Virus record (IMG/VR): IMGVR_UViG_3300027532_000102
Span: 1-6,576 of that record
Source: a virus
DNA: 6,576 bases
Reading direction: 5' to 3' (one strand)
Within the stretch, counting starts at the first letter, position 1. Every line of letters begins with the position of its first letter. Of this stretch, positions 5,441 through 6,576 are shown in pieces. The position numbers were made by a program, and so were the translations under genes. The notes beneath the pieces were generated by a model. It saw only the letters and a list, made by a program, of their open reading frames with translations. It was not told the origin of the DNA and searched no databases.

Positions 5441-5701
5441 TCATTCCGCGGCTGGCGGCACCAGACTGTCATCCAGTATCTTCTTCACTTCCATCCCGCG
5501 AATGTGCCGGTTCAGTCTGGCGATTTCCTCGGCCATGTTCTCCGCCTGGAGCTCGAGTTCCTGCACTCTCTTACGTAAGCGACTTGTCTCTTGGTTGTCC
5601 AGGTCGGCTTGGTTCTTCATCGTTCCCCACTTCTGCCGATATCGCCTTTGCGCCTCGCGGTTCTGCTGCCTTCGCTTCTCTACCATGGATGCAGTTCTCA
5701 T
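5441..5701 (-). CDS. bZIP-like basic-region plus leucine-zipper DNA-binding protein candidate, 86 aa
   Basis: GAGGG (5715-5711) is followed by 9 nt and then ATG 5701. Residues 9-24, KRRQQNREAQRRYRQK, fit the bZIP basic-region signature (N, x2, AQ, x2, Y, R, x, K, with N-x7-R spacing). Heptad d positions are L42, L49, M56, L63 and M70, with V46, A53, I60 and I67 at a positions. Confidence 0.7.
   Translation of the reverse strand: MRTASMVEKRRQQNREAQRRYRQKWGTMKNQADLDNQETSRLRKRVQELELQAENMAEEIARLNRHIRGMEVKKILDDSLVPPAAE
5569..5580. promoter_or_regulatory. ACGT-core palindromic motif copy 5: TCTTACGTAAGC
   Basis: The 10-mer TTACGTAAGC (5571-5580) is identical to 5431-5440, exactly 140 nt away. It lies inside the bZIP-like gene (codons S-R-L-R-K) and supplies the TAA stop of the overlapping ORF 5571-5852. 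Confidence 0.45.
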
Positions 5702-5852
5702 CGGTGCATTCCCTCACTGTCCACATGACCCACCGACCGGCGGCGTACTGGTGAGCCGCCTGCCTCGTCCCGAAGGGCCTATCCAGCCGCCGCAGTGTCC
5801 TCACCGGCCTGCGCGGCTCGTTGTTCCCTCCCCATATGTGCCAGTGCTTCAA
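5571..5852 (-). CDS. Hypothetical protein, 93 aa from TTG 5852; its 3' part overlaps the bZIP-like gene by 131 nt
   Basis: GGAG (5864-5861) is followed by 8 nt and then TTG 5852-5850, which overlaps the upstream stop TGA 5851-5849 (TTGA). It is the only open frame across 5702-5848 on this strand. The Trp/Arg-rich sequence KHWHIWGGNNEPRRPVRTLRRLDRPFGTRQAAHQYAAGRWVMWTVRECTDENCIHGR has no recognisable family. The true end is uncertain. Confidence 0.4.
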   Translation of the reverse strand: MKHWHIWGGNNEPRRPVRTLRRLDRPFGTRQAAHQYAAGRWVMWTVRECTDENCIHGREAKAAEPRGAKAISAEVGNDEEPSRPGQPRDKSLT

Positions 5853-5989
5853 TGTAGGTTCTCCGTTGTCGGCCACCTTCTGGCTACGTAGCGCAATGCG
5901 CTTTCGAATTCCGGCGAGTCGATGCCGTGGTGTTTGAGCATCGTCTTTAGGAAACCCCACAGGGACAGTCTTGTCTCTACGTCGTTCAC
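5849..5989 (-). CDS. Hypothetical small protein, 46 aa (possible helix-turn-helix, weak)
   Basis: GAGGAG (6003-5998) is followed by 8 nt and then GTG 5989-5987, which overlaps the upstream stop TGA 5988-5986 (GTGA). The product is MNDVETRLSLWGFLKTMLKHHGIDSPEFESALRYVARRWPTTENLH. The longer ORF-track version (to 6148) overlaps the upstream gene and lacks an SD. Confidence 0.5.
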   Translation of the reverse strand: MNDVETRLSLWGFLKTMLKHHGIDSPEFESALRYVARRWPTTENLH

Positions 5990-6168
5990 TCGTTGCACTC
6001 CTCTATGGTATGCATGAACTCCTTGAGCATGTACGACGTGTTGTATGCCTCGCGCGTTGCTTGGTCCTTCTCGTTGGTCGAGAACGACTGAAACGCCACC
6101 ATGTTCCAAGCGTGCGTGCTCAACGCTAGCTGCCTCAACTGCTGCCACTGCTCATTGGTCATGTTCAC
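5986..6168 (-). CDS. Hypothetical small helical protein, 60 aa; first gene of the leftward cassette
   Basis: GGGAGA (6181-6176) is followed by 7 nt and then GTG 6168-6166. ATG 6162 is an alternative start. The product is MNMTNEQWQQLRQLALSTHAWNMVAFQSFSTNEKDQATREAYNTSYMLKEFMHTIEECNE, with no family recognised. Confidence 0.6.
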   Translation of the reverse strand: MNMTNEQWQQLRQLALSTHAWNMVAFQSFSTNEKDQATREAYNTSYMLKEFMHTIEECNE

Positions 6169-6204
6169 TTGCCAATCTCCCTACGGGCGAATCCCGTATT
6201 GACA

Positions 6205-6233
6205 ATAGTAAAGGATTACATAAGCATAGTAAA
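6205..6233 (-). promoter_or_regulatory. Candidate sigma70-type promoter for the leftward cassette
   Basis: On the minus strand, TTTACT (6233-6228) is followed by a 17-nt spacer and TACTAT (6210-6205). It lies in the only AT-rich island of the genome. The predicted leader contains the hairpin TACGGG-cgaat-CCCGTA (6182-6198) just before the SD. Confidence 0.4.
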
Positions 6234-6427
6234 CCTAGTTCCACGAGAAACTGTGGCACAAAAACCACAACCCCCCTTGCCAAACCGCCTTTGAGCGTGT
6301 CCACATCCTCTCCCCGTCTCAAGCGAAGCGTCATTGACTGTGCATCCATCGAAACCAAGCGGCAGCGCGCGCGCGCCCTCCGGGCGCTAAACTCGTGCGA
6401 AGCACACCATCTGGTGCTTTCCCTTCC

Positions 6428-6457
6428 TTGACACCACAAAATCTAGTGTGCTACACC
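6428..6457 (+). promoter_or_regulatory. Candidate rightward promoter for the lipoprotein-rep operon
   Basis: A perfect -35 TTGACA (6428-6433) is followed by an 18-nt spacer containing an extended -10 TG (6449-6450), then the weak -10 TACACC (6452-6457, equal to 3-8). It spans the arbitrary linearisation point. Confidence 0.35.
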
Positions 6458-6576
6458 CGATACTCACCCGAAGGGCGGAGACCGCTTGCGGGCTCCGTTC
6501 ATGAGTAGCGGGACCAAACCTTTCTTCTCCACCGGAGACCTATGTCTATGCTCACCAAGGCAACACTTCTCAAATA
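6450..6576. repeat. Terminal direct repeat, copy 2 (assembly overlap; includes a duplicated 5' fragment of the lipoprotein CDS from 6542)
   Basis: Identical to 1-127. ATG 6542 corresponds to ATG 93, so this is not a separate gene. Confidence 0.95.

Noticed and set aside
5502-5891. 129-aa plus-strand ORF opposite the antisense cassette.
   Set aside because: The Cys/Ser/Phe/Leu-rich translation is typical of the complement of purine-rich coding sequence. It has no SD. The minus-strand genes have consistent SDs and a recognisable domain.
6199-6204. Perfect TTGACA on the plus strand as a rightward promoter -35.
   Set aside because: No acceptable -10 lies at 16-19 nt (AAGCAT, TAAGCA, AGCATA). 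The hexamer abuts (lies immediately downstream of) the -10 of the better leftward promoter.
6199-6240. AT-rich island as a dif / XerCD recombination mimic, as used by integrating gokushoviruses.
   Set aside because: The required CATAA-N6-TTATG inverted arms are absent. CATAA at 6219-6223 is followed after 6 nt by TAAAC. No TTATG occurs nearby on either strand.
6045-6439. ORFs 6045-6431 (+) and 6152-6439 (-) spanning the control region.
   Set aside because: They have no SD and odd compositions. They run through promoter-like and hairpin elements and, for 6045-6431, through the well-supported minus-strand gene 5986-6168.
6450-6576. Terminal repeat as a biological LTR, att or cos-type element, with a second lipoprotein gene start at 6542.
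   Set aside because: An exact 127-nt identity at both contig ends matches the assembler k-mer overlap of a circular molecule. Treat it as one locus.
1-6576. tRNA, rRNA, CRISPR array, transposase or integrase genes.
   Set aside because: I saw no cloverleaf-like or repeat-spacer structure and no recombinase motifs in any frame. The genome is fully accounted for by the phage genes and one control region.

Overview
The window is a complete circular genome of a GC-rich Microviridae ssDNA phage. Bases 1-127 repeat exactly at 6450-6576, so the unit length is 6449 nt. The plus strand carries a phiX174-type core in this order: a small Lpp-like lipoprotein, an HUH rolling-circle Rep (gpA-like, YxxKY active site) with an embedded out-of-frame B-like ORF, a gpD-like external scaffolding protein, a gpF-like major capsid protein, an enlarged gpG-like spike candidate and a gpH-like pilot protein. 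Most of these are joined by overlapping stop/start codons. Unusually for this family, four small translationally coupled genes lie on the opposite strand (5441-6168). The last encodes an 86-aa protein with a eukaryote-style bZIP basic-region signature plus a heptad zipper. The type of site such proteins bind, an ACGT-core palindrome (TTACGT[C/A]AGC, full form GCTKACGTMAGC), occurs five times around the genome. A non-coding region of about 370 nt (6169-6449 plus 1-92) holds back-to-back promoter candidates, the only AT-rich island and several hairpins. All calls come from by-eye motif recognition and recalled reference sequences. No searches or computations beyond hand counts were possible.
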